Below, piece by piece: positions 9,957 through 22,389 of a stretch of 64,000 nt of DNA. Source of the stretch: Vicinamibacteria bacterium (GTDB taxonomy: Bacteria > Acidobacteriota > Vicinamibacteria > Marinacidobacterales > Marinacidobacteraceae); contig OZ241322.1 of the NCBI GenBank assembly GCA_965199715.1, forward strand, positions 864,001 to 928,000, given 5' to 3'. The stretch's first letter is position 1. Each line of letters begins with the position of its first letter. The translations under genes were made by a program, and so were the position numbers. The notes beneath the pieces were generated by a model, which saw nothing but the letters and a program-made list of their open reading frames with translations, ran no database searches and had not been told where the DNA came from.

Positions 9957-10889
9957 GTGCGCAGGGTGCGATTCGATCGAGAGAAGCTGCGCGACGCGCT
10001 GCGCGAGGTGCTCCGCCCGCCCGCCCCCGAGGTCAGCCCCATCACCGGGCGTTCGCGGGACCATCTCGACCTCGGGAGACACTCGCGGCGCGACGGCGTG
10101 CTCGGCGCGGTCACGGCCCACGGAGCGATCCTCGGAGTCATCCTGCTGGGCCTCCTGTCCGCGCCGGCGCTCGTCGAGGACAGCCCGTTCGACCTCCCCG
10201 GCCTCGTCTTCGTGGCTGCCGAGGGACCGGGCGGCGGAGGAGGAGGCGGAGGCGACGAGTCGGAGGAGCCGCCGGCGCCGCTCCAGGTCTCCGGGCAGGA
10301 TCTGGCGCAACTGGCGATCGCGGCGCTCCCGAACGCCGACGACCTCGTCTTCGACGACCCCGACGTCCCGAACGAGGAGCCCGAGGAGGAGATCGACGAC
10401 GCGGTGATCGCGCCCTTCGTCTCGGCGATGCCCGACCCCGAGGATCTCGCCGGACTCATCCGGGACACGAACGACGCGCTCTTCAACCGCCGGGCCGGGA
10501 GCGGCAGCGGGGGCGGGAGCGGGTCCGGCGAGGGCGGCGGGATCGGCGAGGGATCGGGCGCGGGCGTCGGCGAGGGCTTCGGGGGCGGATTCGGCGGCGG
10601 CGCCTACCGGATCGGCAGCGGCGTGGAGCCGCCCGAGCTGCGACGGCAGGTCACCCCGGAGTACACCGACGACGCGCTGGCGCGCAAGATCGAGGGGACC
10701 GTGATCCTCGAGGTGGTCATTCTCAAGAGCGGTCGGATCGGCCCCGCGAGGGTCCTGAAGAGCCTCGATGCGGGGCTCGACGAGAAGGCCATCGCCGCCG
10801 TGCGGATGTGGACCTTCCTCCCCGGCCGGTTCCGCGGCGACGCGGTGGACGTGATCGCCGAGATCGAGGTGGAGTTCCGGCTGCTCTGA
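9957..10889 (+). CDS. tonB: Energy transducer TonB
   Basis: TM anchor AVTAHGAIL, Gly-rich linker, C-terminal PEYTDDALARKIEGTVILE...GLDEKAIAAVRMWTF; start could be GTG 9957 or 9966. Confidence 0.88.
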   Translation: MRRVRFDREKLRDALREVLRPPAPEVSPITGRSRDHLDLGRHSRRDGVLGAVTAHGAILGVILLGLLSAPALVEDSPFDLPGLVFVAAEGPGGGGGGGGDESEEPPAPLQVSGQDLAQLAIAALPNADDLVFDDPDVPNEEPEEEIDDAVIAPFVSAMPDPEDLAGLIRDTNDALFNRRAGSGSGGGSGSGEGGGIGEGSGAGVGEGFGGGFGGGAYRIGSGVEPPELRRQVTPEYTDDALARKIEGTVILEVVILKSGRIGPARVLKSLDAGLDEKAIAAVRMWTFLPGRFRGDAVDVIAEIEVEFRLL

Positions 10890-10892
10890 GCC

Positions 10893-11399
10893 CTACTCGT
10901 TCTGGAAGATTCCCGAGTAGAGCCGGTCGGCGGGACGGTCCAGCGCGAAGAACAGAAGCTGGACGACGCGGGCGTCCTCGGCGAGCTCCAGCCCATCGGG
11001 GTGGTGGACGGTGAGCAGCGACCCGCTGCGCCCCGAGTAGCCCGAGTCCCAGACCGCGGTCCCGATCGAGGCGCCGGCGCGCAGCAGCGACGAGCGCGGC
11101 CGGCCGATGGCGAAGACGTCGGCCGGGATGCGCACGACCTCGCGGTAGCGGATCCAGTACGCGCCCGGCCCGAGGCGGAACGCGCCGTCCGACGGTTCGA
11201 GCGGGGTCGTCCCCGGCAGCCGCCGGGAGCGGTTGTCGAAGTCCGCCCGGCCCGGACCGGCCCCGAACGTTCCCACCTCGGCGAGCGTCAGGTCCACGCC
11301 GTTCATCTGGATCTGGATCCCGGCGTCGCGGAGCCCCTCGATCAGCGGGGGGTCCGCCTCGAGGCGCTCGCGCAGCGCGGCGCCGGCCAGAAGTTCCAA
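10893..11399 (-). CDS. dut: dUTPase of the dCTP-deaminase-like trimeric type
   Basis: IQMNGVDLT, PRSSLLR, VWDSGYSG, RVVQLLF, YSGIFQ; lacks the deaminase LE motif. Confidence 0.8.
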   Translation of the reverse strand: MELLAGAALRERLEADPPLIEGLRDAGIQIQMNGVDLTLAEVGTFGAGPGRADFDNRSRRLPGTTPLEPSDGAFRLGPGAYWIRYREVVRIPADVFAIGRPRSSLLRAGASIGTAVWDSGYSGRSGSLLTVHHPDGLELAEDARVVQLLFFALDRPADRLYSGIFQNE

Positions 11400-11400
11400 C

Positions 11401-11970
11401 TCAGTCGCCGGGAAGGATCGTGGGCAGGGTGATGCGCTCCTGCCCCTGGTACTTGCCCTTCTTGTCCCGGTAGCTCGTCTCGCACTCCTCGTCGCTCTCG
11501 AAGAAGAGCACCTGGGCGATCCCCTCGCCGGCGTAGATCCGGCACGGCAGCGGCGTGGTGTTCGAGATCTCGAGCGTGGCGTTGCCCTCCCACTCGGCGT
11601 CGAACCCGGTCACGTTGATGATGATCCCGCAGCGGGCGTAGGTGCTCTTGCCGATGCACACGCCGTACACGTTGCGGGGCATCCGGAAATTCTCGATGGT
11701 GTTCGACAGCGCGAACGAGTTGGGCGGGATCACGCAGACGTCGCCCTTGTAGTCCACGAAGCTGCGCTCGTCGAAGTGCTTCGGATCGACCACCGCAGTG
11801 AAGACGTTCGTGAAGATCTTGAACTCGTCCGAGACCCGGATGTCGTACCCGAAGGACGAGAGGCCGTAGGAGATCACCCCGCGCCCGACCTGGGAGTCCA
11901 CGAAGGGGTGGATCAGCCGGCGCTCGCGGGACATCCGCCGGATCCAGGCGTCCGGCTTGATTCCCGGCAT
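11401..11970 (-). CDS. dcd: dCTP deaminase
   Basis: [42 protein letters not shown]. Confidence 0.96.
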   Translation of the reverse strand: MPGIKPDAWIRRMSRERRLIHPFVDSQVGRGVISYGLSSFGYDIRVSDEFKIFTNVFTAVVDPKHFDERSFVDYKGDVCVIPPNSFALSNTIENFRMPRNVYGVCIGKSTYARCGIIINVTGFDAEWEGNATLEISNTTPLPCRIYAGEGIAQVLFFESDEECETSYRDKKGKYQGQERITLPTILPGD

Positions 11971-11983
11971 CGGGGACCCCGGC

Positions 11984-12397
11984 TCAGCCGATCAGGCGGA
12001 CGGCCGGGAAGAAGTACGCGATCTCGGTCGCGGCCGACTCCTCGGAGTCGGAGCCGTGGATCGCGTTCTTCTCGATGCTCGTGGCGAAGCGGGCGCGGAT
12101 CGTCTCGGGCGCGGCGTTCGCGGGGTCGGTGGGGCCCATGATCTCGCGCAGCCGGCTCACCGCGTTCTCGCGCTCGAGGACGGCGACCACGCACGGGCCC
12201 GACGACATGAACGCGACGAGGCTGCCGAAGAACGGGCGCTCGCGATGCACGGCGTAGAAGCCCTCGGCCTCGCGCCGGGTCAGATGCGTCATCCGCAGCG
12301 CGACGATCCGGAACCCGTCGGCCTCGACCGCGGCGAGCACCGCGCCGGCGTTTCCGGCCCCGACCGCGTCCGGCTTGACGATCGTGAAGGTGCGCAT
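11984..12397 (-). CDS. ndk: Nucleoside diphosphate kinase
   Basis: [28 protein letters not shown]. Confidence 0.98.
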   Translation of the reverse strand: MRTFTIVKPDAVGAGNAGAVLAAVEADGFRIVALRMTHLTRREAEGFYAVHRERPFFGSLVAFMSSGPCVVAVLERENAVSRLREIMGPTDPANAAPETIRARFATSIEKNAIHGSDSEESAATEIAYFFPAVRLIG

Positions 12398-12402
12398 GAT
12401 CG

Positions 12403-13275
12403 TCAGCCCTTCAGCACCGCGTGCATGGCGGTCCCGAGATCGGCGGGGCTCTCGACCACGGTCGCGCCCGCCGAGCGGAGCGCCTCCATCTTGTCGGCCG
12501 CCGTGCCCTTGCCGCCCATGACGATCGCGCCGGCGTGCCCCATGCGGCGCCCCGGAGGCGCGGTCTGCCCGGCGATGAAGCTCACGACCGGCTTGGGGAA
12601 CTCGCGGCGGATGAAGTCCGCGGCCGCCTCCTCGGCGCCGCCGCCGATCTCGCCGATGAGGATCGCCGCCTCGGTCTCGTCGTCGGCCGCGAACAGTTCG
12701 AGCGCGTCGAGGAAGGTCGTGCCGATCACCGGATCGCCGCCGATGCCGACGCAGGTGCTCTGGCCGATCCCGAGCGCGGTCAACTGGTGCACCGCCTCGT
12801 AGGTGAGGGTTCCGCTGCGGGAGACCACGCCCACCGCGCCCTGGCGGTGGATGAAGCCGGGCATGATCCCGACCTTGGCGCGGCCCGGCGAGATCACCCC
12901 CGGGCAGTTCGGGCCCAGCACGCGGGTCCGGCCGTCGCGCAGCCCCCGCATCAGCTTCACCATGTCGCGGGCCGGCACGCCCTCGGTGATCGTGACCACG
13001 AGATCCAGTCCGGCGTCCGCCGCCTCGGCGAGCGCGTCCGCGGCGAAGGCCGGGGGCACGAACGCGAGCGACGTGTTGGCGCCGGTCGCCGCGACCGCCG
13101 CGGCCACCGTGTCGAAGATGGGAACCCCCAGCGCCTCCTGCCCTCCCTTGCCGGGGACCACGCCCGCGACGAGGTTGGTGCCGTAGTCGCGGCAGGCCTC
13201 GGCGTGGAAGCCGCCCTCCCGACCGGTGATCCCCTGGACCAGAAGCCTGGTCTCGTTGCCGACGAGAATGCTCAC
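12403..13275 (-). CDS. sucD: Succinyl-CoA synthetase alpha subunit
   Basis: [27 protein letters not shown]. Confidence 0.98.
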   Translation of the reverse strand: MSILVGNETRLLVQGITGREGGFHAEACRDYGTNLVAGVVPGKGGQEALGVPIFDTVAAAVAATGANTSLAFVPPAFAADALAEAADAGLDLVVTITEGVPARDMVKLMRGLRDGRTRVLGPNCPGVISPGRAKVGIMPGFIHRQGAVGVVSRSGTLTYEAVHQLTALGIGQSTCVGIGGDPVIGTTFLDALELFAADDETEAAILIGEIGGGAEEAAADFIRREFPKPVVSFIAGQTAPPGRRMGHAGAIVMGGKGTAADKMEALRSAGATVVESPADLGTAMHAVLKG

Positions 13276-14435
13276 GAGGCCTCCGTCGCGGCCACGACCT
13301 TCTCCGCCGCGTCCTGCATCCCGTCGGCGGCCGTGAACGGGAGTCCCGACTCGGCCAGCATGTTCCGGGCGATCTCGACGTTCGTGCCTTCCATCCGGAC
13401 CACGACGGGCAGCGTGACGCCGAGGTTCGTCACCGCGGCGATGAGCCCCGAAGCCAGCCGGTCGCAGCGGAGGATGCCGCCGAAGATGTTGATGAGCACG
13501 ACCCGCACGTCCTCGTCCGAGGTCAGGATGCGGAAGGCGTTCTCGATCTGCTCGGCGCTGGCGCCGCCGCCCACGTCGAGGAAGTTGGCGGGAGCGGCCC
13601 CGGCGAGCTGGACGATGTCCATCGTGGCCATCGCGAGCCCGGCCCCGTTCACCATGCAGCCGACCGAACCGTCGAGCTTGATGTAGTTGAGCTGGAAGCG
13701 GCTCGCCTCCACTTCCAGCGGGGACTCCTCGTGGACGTCGCGCAGCGCCGCCACGCGCTTCTGCCGATAGAGCGCGCTGTCGTCCACCGAGACCTTCGCG
13801 TCCAGCGCGAGCACCCGGCCGTCCCCGGCGACGAGCATCGGATTGATCTCGACCTGGCTGGCGTCGAGGCCGTCGTAGGCCCGGTACAGCGCCGTGAGGA
13901 AGGCCGTCGCCGGACGCAGCAGCGCCCCGTCGAGGCCCAGCCCGAACGCGAGCGCACGCGCCTGGAACGGCTGGAGTCCGGCCGCCGGATCGACGGTCAC
14001 GGTGAGGATCTTCTCGGGGGTCTCGGCGGCCACCTCCTCGATGTCCATGCCGCCCGCGGCGCTCGCGATGCAGATCGGGCGGCCGCTGGCGCGATCGAGC
14101 ACGAAGCTGACGTAGAGCTCGCGGGCGACGTCGAGGCCCTCCTCGACGAGGAGCCGGCGCACCAGCCGTCCCTCGGGGCCGGTCTGGCGGGTGACGAGGG
14201 TGGAGCCGAGGAGCGCGGTCGCGATCTCGCGGACTTCGTCCGCCGCGCGGGCCAGCTTGACCCCGCCCGCCTTGCCGCGTCCGCCGGCGTGGATCTGCGC
14301 CTTGACCACGACCGGGAGCCCGAGCTCGTCCGCGGCGGCGACCGCTTCGTCGGCGGTCCCGGCCACGCGGCCCCGGGGCGTGGGGACGCCGTAGTCGGCG
14401 AGGAGCGCCTTGGCCTGGAACTCGTGGAGGTTCAC
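13272..14435 (-). CDS. sucC: Succinyl-CoA synthetase beta subunit
   Basis: [43 protein letters not shown]. Confidence 0.98.
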   Translation of the reverse strand: MNLHEFQAKALLADYGVPTPRGRVAGTADEAVAAADELGLPVVVKAQIHAGGRGKAGGVKLARAADEVREIATALLGSTLVTRQTGPEGRLVRRLLVEEGLDVARELYVSFVLDRASGRPICIASAAGGMDIEEVAAETPEKILTVTVDPAAGLQPFQARALAFGLGLDGALLRPATAFLTALYRAYDGLDASQVEINPMLVAGDGRVLALDAKVSVDDSALYRQKRVAALRDVHEESPLEVEASRFQLNYIKLDGSVGCMVNGAGLAMATMDIVQLAGAAPANFLDVGGGASAEQIENAFRILTSDEDVRVVLINIFGGILRCDRLASGLIAAVTNLGVTLPVVVRMEGTNVEIARNMLAESGLPFTAADGMQDAAEKVVAATEAS

Positions 14436-14436
14436 G

Positions 14437-15363
14437 TCAGACGCCGATCTTTTCGACGAGTTCGCGCACCGACGCGGCGGACCGGTCCAGCGCGGCCTGC
14501 TCGGCGGGGTCGAGCGCGATCTGGACCACGCTCTCCATGCCCTTGCGGCCGAGCTTGATGGGAACCCCCATGCACAGGCCGTCCACGCCGTACTCGCCGT
14601 CGAGGAAGACCGTGCAGGGCAGAATCTTCATCCGGTCGCCGAGGATCGCGTCCACCATCTCGGCGATCGCGGCGGAGGGCGCGTAGTACGCGGAGCCGGT
14701 CTTCAGGTACGCGACGATCTCGCCGCCGCCCTTGCGGGTGCGCTGGACGATGCGCTCGATGGCGTCGGCGTCGAGGAGGTCCGGGAGCGGGATGCCGGCG
14801 ACCGTCGTGTAGCGCGGCAGCGGGACCATGTCGTCGCCGTGCCCGCCCAGCACGAAGGCGTGGACGTTCGTCGTGGAGACGTTCAGCTCGGCGGCGATGA
14901 ACGAGCGCATCCGCGCCGAGTCGAGGACCCCGGCCATGCCGATGACCCGCTCCCGGGGCAGCCCGCTCGCGCGGTACGCGGTCTGGACCATCGCGTCCAG
15001 CGGGTTCGAGACCACGATCAGGATGGCGTCCGGCGAGACCGCCATCGCGCTCTCGGTGCATGCCTTCACGATCGCGTGGTTCTTGCGCAGCAGGTCGTCG
15101 CGGCTCATCCCCGCCTTGCGGGCCAGCCCGGCGGTGATGACGACGACGTCCGACCCGGCGGTGTCCGCGTAGTCGTTCGTGCCGCGCACGAAGGAGTCGC
15201 TGCCGCCGACCGGGGCGGCCTCCAGCATGTCGAGGCCCTTCCCCTGCGGGACGCCGTCGAGGATGTCGATGAGCGCGACGTCCGCCTGTCCGGCGTCGGT
15301 GAGGCGCTGGGCCGCGGTCGCGCCAACGTTTCCGGCGCCGACGATCGTCACCTTGGGGCGCAT
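14437..15363 (-). CDS. mdh: Malate dehydrogenase (LDH-like type)
   Basis: [39 protein letters not shown]. Confidence 0.96.
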   Translation of the reverse strand: MRPKVTIVGAGNVGATAAQRLTDAGQADVALIDILDGVPQGKGLDMLEAAPVGGSDSFVRGTNDYADTAGSDVVVITAGLARKAGMSRDDLLRKNHAIVKACTESAMAVSPDAILIVVSNPLDAMVQTAYRASGLPRERVIGMAGVLDSARMRSFIAAELNVSTTNVHAFVLGGHGDDMVPLPRYTTVAGIPLPDLLDADAIERIVQRTRKGGGEIVAYLKTGSAYYAPSAAIAEMVDAILGDRMKILPCTVFLDGEYGVDGLCMGVPIKLGRKGMESVVQIALDPAEQAALDRSAASVRELVEKIGV

Positions 15364-15375
15364 GATCGTTCCTCC

Positions 15376-16776
<1,401 letters not shown>

Positions 16777-16882
16777 GTGCTCCTCTTCGGGATAGCCGGA
16801 GGGCCAACTCCACCGGCGGCGATGCGTCCCGCGGCGCCCTGCTTCACCCGGGGGGACGATCCGGCGGGGCGCGGATTCTACA

Positions 16883-18067
16883 TCAGCGGCGGGCGAAGAA
16901 CCGCTGGACCCGCTCGACCCCGGTCGCGATCTCGGCTTCCGAGGTCGCGAAGCTCATGCGGAGGTGCGTGTCGCGCCCGAAGGCCGCGCCCGGGACGGTC
17001 GCGACCAGCTCGTGGAGCAGCGCCGTCGCGAGATCCGGCGAGGTCTCGCCCGGCGTCATCCGCTCGCCGAAGTCCGGGAACAGGTAGAAGCCGCCGTCCG
17101 GGACCGCGCAGCGGACTCCGGGGATCGCGAGGAGCCCGTCGCGCATGAGCCCCATGCGCTTGTGGAAGGTCTCGGTCATCCACGCGAAGCTCGCCGGGTC
17201 CGCCTGGACCGCCGCGAGCGCCGCCCGCTGCGAGATCGAGCAGGCGTTCGAGGTCATCTGGCTCTGAAGCGAGGCGGCGGCCTTGATCACCGGTTCCGGC
17301 CCGAGCGCCCACCCGAGCCGCCAGCCGGTCATGGCGTAGGACTTGGAAGCCGAGCCGGCGATGAGGAACCGGTGGCCGAGGATGTCCGCCACCGCCCGCC
17401 AGGCGCCTTCGGGGATGGGTTCGAACACGAGCCGCGCGTAGGTGTCGTCCCACATCAGGTACGCGTCGGCCTCGGCGGCGAGGCGCGCCACGTCCACGAG
17501 TTCGGCGGGGGACGGCATGACTCCCGACGGGTTGCCGGGAACGTTCAGGATGATGAGCCGGGTGCGTTCGTTCACGTGCGGCTCGATGACGGCGCGGGTG
17601 GGGCGGAAGGCGTCTTCCGGGGACGCCTCGGCGAGCACCGGGGTCGCGTCGGCGATCCGGACCTGCTCGGGGAAGGTCGGCCAGTACGGAATCGGGATCA
17701 CGACCTCGTCGCCGGCCTCGCAGGTGGCGAGCAGCAGGCCGGTCAGCGCGTGCTTGCCGCCGTCGGTGAGCAGGACGTGCGAACCGGCGAAGTCGAAGCC
17801 GTAGTCGAGCCGGTATCGCTCGGCCACCGCGGCCCGCGCCTCGGGGGCGCCGGGGTTGGGGGTGTAGCGGGTGTATCCGGAGCGGATCGCCTCCACGCCG
17901 GCGTCGCGCGCCACGTCGGGAGTGGGGAAGTCCGGCTGGCCCGCGGAAAAGTCCACGACGTCCTTGCCGGCGGCCCTGAGGCGCATGGCCTCCGCCATGA
18001 CCGCCATCGTCGGCGAGGGAGAAATCCGGGAAATCCGGGACGCGAGATGGGGGGCGGCTTCAACCAC
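16883..18067 (-). CDS. aspC: PLP-dependent class I (aspartate) aminotransferase
   Basis: [34 protein letters not shown]. Confidence 0.88.
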   Translation of the reverse strand: MVEAAPHLASRISRISPSPTMAVMAEAMRLRAAGKDVVDFSAGQPDFPTPDVARDAGVEAIRSGYTRYTPNPGAPEARAAVAERYRLDYGFDFAGSHVLLTDGGKHALTGLLLATCEAGDEVVIPIPYWPTFPEQVRIADATPVLAEASPEDAFRPTRAVIEPHVNERTRLIILNVPGNPSGVMPSPAELVDVARLAAEADAYLMWDDTYARLVFEPIPEGAWRAVADILGHRFLIAGSASKSYAMTGWRLGWALGPEPVIKAAASLQSQMTSNACSISQRAALAAVQADPASFAWMTETFHKRMGLMRDGLLAIPGVRCAVPDGGFYLFPDFGERMTPGETSPDLATALLHELVATVPGAAFGRDTHLRMSFATSEAEIATGVERVQRFFARR

Positions 18068-18557
18068 GGGACCCTCCGGCGAGCTTGCGCGCGAGGCGCT
18101 GGCGAACGATTTCCGGAACGAGCCCGGTGACGTCCCCGCCGAGCGCCGCGATTTCCTTGACGAGGCGGGAACTTACGTAGGAGTACTCCTCGGCGGGCGT
18201 GAGGAATGCGGTCTCCACCTCGGGGGCGAGGCGGCGGTTCATGAGCGCCATCTGGAACTCGTACTCGAAGTCCGAGACGGCGCGGATGCCGCGGACGATC
18301 GCGGTCGCGCCCCGCTCCCGGGCGTAAGCGACGAGAAGGCCGGAGAACGAGTCGGTCGTGATCGAGGGGTCGTCCTCGAAGGTGGCCGCGATGATCTCCT
18401 TGCGCTCCGACACCGGGAACACCGGGGCCTTCCCGGTGTTCTGGAGGACGGCCACCACGACCCGGTCGAAGAGCCGCGACGCGCGGCGGACGATGTCCAC
18501 GTGGCCCACGGTCAGGGGGTCGAACGAGCCGGGACAGATCGCGAGCGTGCTCTTCAT
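18060..18557 (-). CDS. coaD: Phosphopantetheine adenylyltransferase
   Basis: PGSFDPLTVGH, RGIRAVSDFEYE, VSSRLVKE; ATG 18557 chosen as start. Confidence 0.97.
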   Translation of the reverse strand: MKSTLAICPGSFDPLTVGHVDIVRRASRLFDRVVVAVLQNTGKAPVFPVSERKEIIAATFEDDPSITTDSFSGLLVAYARERGATAIVRGIRAVSDFEYEFQMALMNRRLAPEVETAFLTPAEEYSYVSSRLVKEIAALGGDVTGLVPEIVRQRLARKLAGGSRG

Positions 18558-18650
18558 CGTGGATCTTTTGGAAGGTAGCACGGGGTTTTCCACAATTTCG
18601 ACCCAAAGACCGGGCCTCGCGCAAGAAATCCGCGCGAGCTGCGTCTCTAT

Positions 18651-19241
18651 CTATATGTGGGGTTCTTCTGGAATGCGCCGCCAGAGCGCGCCGGCGCCGT
18701 CCCCGGCGCGCAGGGTCCGCGCCGCCCGGTATCCGGGGATCGGGTCCGGATCGAGCGAAGCCGGATGCTCGACGACGAGAAGGTCCGCTTCGAGCGCGGC
18801 GATGCGCGCGAGGAGCCGCAGCGCGGCGCCGTCGCGCCACCAGGGCCACGGCGGGTCGAAGAACGCCGCGCCGAAGCGCTCGCCGGCCGCCCGCATCCGG
18901 GGGAGGACTCGCGCCGCGTCGCCGGCGTGGACCCGGTACTGACCGGCGGCGAGCCCCAACCGGGCGGCGTTCCGCTCGATCAGCGCCGCCGCCGCCCGCC
19001 GCCGCTCGACGAAGGCGCACGAGGCCGCGCCCCGGGAGAGCGCCTCGAACCCCAGCGCTCCCACGCCCGCGCACACGTCCAGCACCCGCTCGCCCTCGAG
19101 CCGGGGGCCCACCACTTCAAACACGCTCTTGCGCAACCGGATCGCGGTCGGCCGGATTTCGGCCCGGCCCGCGCGCCGCGACCGCGAGGGTCCCGACAGC
19201 GCCCGCCCGGCGAACCGTCCGCCGGCGATTCGGGCGCTCAT
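18651..19241 (-). CDS. rsmD: 16S rRNA m2G966 methyltransferase
   Basis: RIAGGRFAGR, IRPT, LDVCAGVGALGFEALSRGA, FDPPW; adjacent to coaD. Confidence 0.9.
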   Translation of the reverse strand: MSARIAGGRFAGRALSGPSRSRRAGRAEIRPTAIRLRKSVFEVVGPRLEGERVLDVCAGVGALGFEALSRGAASCAFVERRRAAAALIERNAARLGLAAGQYRVHAGDAARVLPRMRAAGERFGAAFFDPPWPWWRDGAALRLLARIAALEADLLVVEHPASLDPDPIPGYRAARTLRAGDGAGALWRRIPEEPHI

Positions 19242-19252
19242 CCCCGGCCCCC

Positions 19253-20290
19253 GTGAGGCCGGCGAAAGGACACCCGATGCCGCTCGCGCTCCCTCTTCCC
19301 CGCCCCGGCCCGCTGCCCCGGGTGGTTCCGCTCCGGGTCGTCCCGGCCCGGGCCGCCCCCGCCCCGCCTCCCGCCCGAAAACTCGCGCCGCTCGCCGCCG
19401 TCTCCGCGAGACTCGGCTCCGGTCCGGACGGGCGCCAGCTCGCGGCCGCCCGGGAGCAGGTCCGTCGGTGGCTCGAGAACCACGCGGGCCGGCCGCGCCC
19501 GGATTTCGAAGACCGCTGGGAGGACGCCGAACCGGGCGTCCGCCGGCTGCGGTTCGGCGGGCGGCGCACCGAGATCGAGGCCGTCGCCCGATCGACCGGC
19601 GACGCCAGCTACCTGGGGGCGGCGCTGACGCTGCGGAACTCGAACGGCGGCGTCCTGGGCCGGACCGTCGTCTCCGTCTTCGGCGCGCCCGGCCTGGGGC
19701 GGGTGCGGCTCACGCTGCACGGCCCCGCCCGCCCGGGCGAACGGCGGCCCTGCGTGCCGTGGAGCCCGGCGCTCATCGGGCGGCTGGCCCGCCGGCCGGG
19801 ACTCACCGACTACGGGTTCCCGATCCGGTCCGAGCCGTGGATCGTGAGACACGCGTCCGACGTGGAGCGGTTCATCCACCTCGTGACCCATCCGGAGCGC
19901 ACCCGGCCGGTGTTCGCCGCCGGACTGGACCGCCGCGAGACCGACCCGGCGGGGGCGGCGCTCGACCCGGACGAGCTCCAGCAGCGGACCGTGGGGCTGT
20001 CGCACGTCGTGATCTTGACCGGTCCGATGACGCTCGCCCTCACCGACCGGGTCGGGCGGCGGTTCAGCGTCTTCGGGAACGCCTTCCGGACCTACCGCCC
20101 GGGCTGCCGACTGAGCCGCGACGAGTGGAAGCACCCGATGGCGCTCGGCGAGACGATGGCCGCGTGGGCGCCGGGCGGCTCGCGGCGCTTCGTCGAGAGC
20201 CTCCAGCGCGAGGCGTTCCGGACCAGCGTCGCGATGCAGGCGCACCCCGGCCACCGCCTGCCCTTCCGCGAGGTCAGCCGGCCGCGGTGA
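19253..20290 (+). CDS. Hypothetical protein
   Basis: 345-aa ORF with protein-like composition filling the gap between rsmD and recG; start could be 19277. Confidence 0.7.
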   Translation: MRPAKGHPMPLALPLPRPGPLPRVVPLRVVPARAAPAPPPARKLAPLAAVSARLGSGPDGRQLAAAREQVRRWLENHAGRPRPDFEDRWEDAEPGVRRLRFGGRRTEIEAVARSTGDASYLGAALTLRNSNGGVLGRTVVSVFGAPGLGRVRLTLHGPARPGERRPCVPWSPALIGRLARRPGLTDYGFPIRSEPWIVRHASDVERFIHLVTHPERTRPVFAAGLDRRETDPAGAALDPDELQQRTVGLSHVVILTGPMTLALTDRVGRRFSVFGNAFRTYRPGCRLSRDEWKHPMALGETMAAWAPGGSRRFVESLQREAFRTSVAMQAHPGHRLPFREVSRPR

Positions 20291-22385
20291 GGCCGAACCG
20301 GTCTCCCCACGTCGAGCGGACGTGGCCGAGGATCCGCGCCCCCTCGGGGCTCGCCGCCGCGTCGGACGCGAGGAAGTTCCGCGATTCCTCGCGGGCCTCG
20401 CGCAGCAGCTCCGCGTCGCGCACCAGGTCGGCGACCCGAAACGGCGGAACGCCCGACTGGCGGGTTCCCATGAAGTCGCCGGGTCCCCGGATCGCGAGAT
20501 CCTCCTCGGCGATCCGGAACCCGTCGTTCGTGGCCTCCATCACCCGCAGGCGGCGCTCGGCGGCTTCGGAGAGCTTCTCGCTCGTGACCAGCAGCGCCGC
20601 GGTCGAGGGCTCGGTCCCGCGCCCCACCCGGCCCCGCAACTGATGAAGCTGCGCCAGCCCGAAGCGTTCGGCGCCCTCGATGACCATCACCGTGGCGTTC
20701 GGCACGTCCACGCCCACCTCGATCACGGTAGTGGCGACGAGGACGTCGATCTCGCCCCGGGCGAAGCTGCGCATCGCGCGCTGCCGGTCGGCCGACCGAA
20801 GCTGGCCGTGGACGAGGCCGAGGCGCAGGCCGCGGAACGGACCGTTCGCCAGCTCGCCGAAGCGGACCTCGACCGAACCGCCGGGGAGAACGTCCGAGTC
20901 CTCGATGAACGGGCAGACGTAGTACGCCTGTCGCCCGGCGCGCACCGCGTCGAGGACCAGGCGCTCGACCTCGCGCCGATCCGCGAGGCTCCGCAGCAGG
21001 GTCCGGATCGGCTGGCGGCCCGGGGGCATGTCGCGCAGTTCGGAGAGCTCGAGGTCGCCGTGGAGCGCGAGCGTGAGCGAGCGCGGGATCGGGGTGGCGG
21101 TCATCACGAGGAGGTCGGCGTCGCCGTTGTCCGCGAGCAGCTTGCGGCGCTGGGCCACGCCGAAGCGGTGCTGCTCGTCCACGACCGCAAGGCCGAGGTT
21201 GTCGAAGCGAGCGCCGTCCTGGATCAGCGAATGGGTGCCCACGACGAACTGGGCGTAACCGCTGCCGATCGCGGCGAGCGTGTCGCGCCGGTCGGGCGTC
21301 GAAAGCCCGGCGGTGAGCAGCGCGACCCGGTAGCCGAGCGGCTCCAGCAGGCCGCGGATCGTGACGAAGTGCTGCTCGGCCAGCACCTCGGTCGGGGCCA
21401 TGAGCGCCGCCTGGGCGCGGTGGCGCATCACGAACAGCGCGGCGGCGACCGCGACGATCGTCTTCCCCGACCCCACGTCGCCCTGGAGCAGCCGGCGCAT
21501 GGTCCGGTCGCCTTTCAGGTCGTCCGCGATGGTCTTGATCGCGCCGCGCTGCGAGCCGGTGAGCGGGAAGGGAACGAGGCGGCGGAACTCGTCCCGGAGC
21601 GCGTCGTCCGGCTCGAAACGGCGGCTCCTCGCCCGCCCGGTCCGGTCGGCCCGCCGCCGCATCTCGAGCCCCGCGGCGAAACAGAAGAACTCCTCGAGGA
21701 TGAGGCGGCGATGGCCCGGGGACCGCCGCGACGCGAGGTCCGGAAGCGACGCGTCTTCGGGAGGAAGGTGGACTCCGGCGAGCGCGTCGGGGCGGGACGG
21801 CAGGCCGAGCCGGGCGACCATCTCGGCCGGCAGGTATCCCGAGCCGACGACGCGGTCGTTCTGGAGCAGCCCGTGGATCAGCGTGCGGAACTGGCGCGGG
21901 GTGACCGGTCCGACTCGTTCGTACACCGGGGTGATCCGCCGCGCGTGCGGACTCGCGTCGTCCGGCGCCGCCGGGTCCTCGCGGTCCTCCACGAACTCCC
22001 ACTTGGGGTTTTGGAACTGCCGGGTCCCGGGCCGGCGCTTGCCGAAGAGCTGCACCCGCCGGCCCGGCTGGAGCAGGCGGCGCAGGTGCACCTGGTTGAA
22101 CCAGACGGCCTGCACCGGCCCGTGCGCGCCGTCGGCCCGCATCTCGACGATCTTCAACCCCCGGCGGCGGGTCGGGCGCACGTCGATGGACCGCACGACG
22201 ACCTCCGCGGCCGTCGGATCCGCGGGACTCGCGGCCGCGCCCTCGATCCGGTTCTCGTAGCGATAGGGAAGCTGCAGCAGGAGATCCCCGGCCCGGAGGA
22301 TCCCGACTTCGGCGAGCGCCTTCGCCCGCCCCGGGCCTACCCCCTTGAGGTACTGGAGTTCGGTGTCGGCGGTGATTTGAGGCAA
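20274..22385 (-). CDS. recG: ATP-dependent DNA helicase RecG
   Basis: LKGVGP, MRRLLQGDVGSGKT, DEQHRFGV, MTATPIPR, QLHQLRGRVGRG, GTRQSG. Confidence 0.97.
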   Translation of the reverse strand: MPQITADTELQYLKGVGPGRAKALAEVGILRAGDLLLQLPYRYENRIEGAAASPADPTAAEVVVRSIDVRPTRRRGLKIVEMRADGAHGPVQAVWFNQVHLRRLLQPGRRVQLFGKRRPGTRQFQNPKWEFVEDREDPAAPDDASPHARRITPVYERVGPVTPRQFRTLIHGLLQNDRVVGSGYLPAEMVARLGLPSRPDALAGVHLPPEDASLPDLASRRSPGHRRLILEEFFCFAAGLEMRRRADRTGRARSRRFEPDDALRDEFRRLVPFPLTGSQRGAIKTIADDLKGDRTMRRLLQGDVGSGKTIVAVAAALFVMRHRAQAALMAPTEVLAEQHFVTIRGLLEPLGYRVALLTAGLSTPDRRDTLAAIGSGYAQFVVGTHSLIQDGARFDNLGLAVVDEQHRFGVAQRRKLLADNGDADLLVMTATPIPRSLTLALHGDLELSELRDMPPGRQPIRTLLRSLADRREVERLVLDAVRAGRQAYYVCPFIEDSDVLPGGSVEVRFGELANGPFRGLRLGLVHGQLRSADRQRAMRSFARGEIDVLVATTVIEVGVDVPNATVMVIEGAERFGLAQLHQLRGRVGRGTEPSTAALLVTSEKLSEAAERRLRVMEATNDGFRIAEEDLAIRGPGDFMGTRQSGVPPFRVADLVRDAELLREAREESRNFLASDAAASPEGARILGHVRSTWGDRFGLTAAG

Positions 22386-22389
22386 GGCT

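Noticed and set aside
10490-10625. GGC-rich repeats in tonB
   Set aside because: Ordinary Gly-rich linker codons, common in this TonB type
18586-18594. Replication origin
   Set aside because: A single imperfect DnaA box in a spacer under 100 bp is not enough
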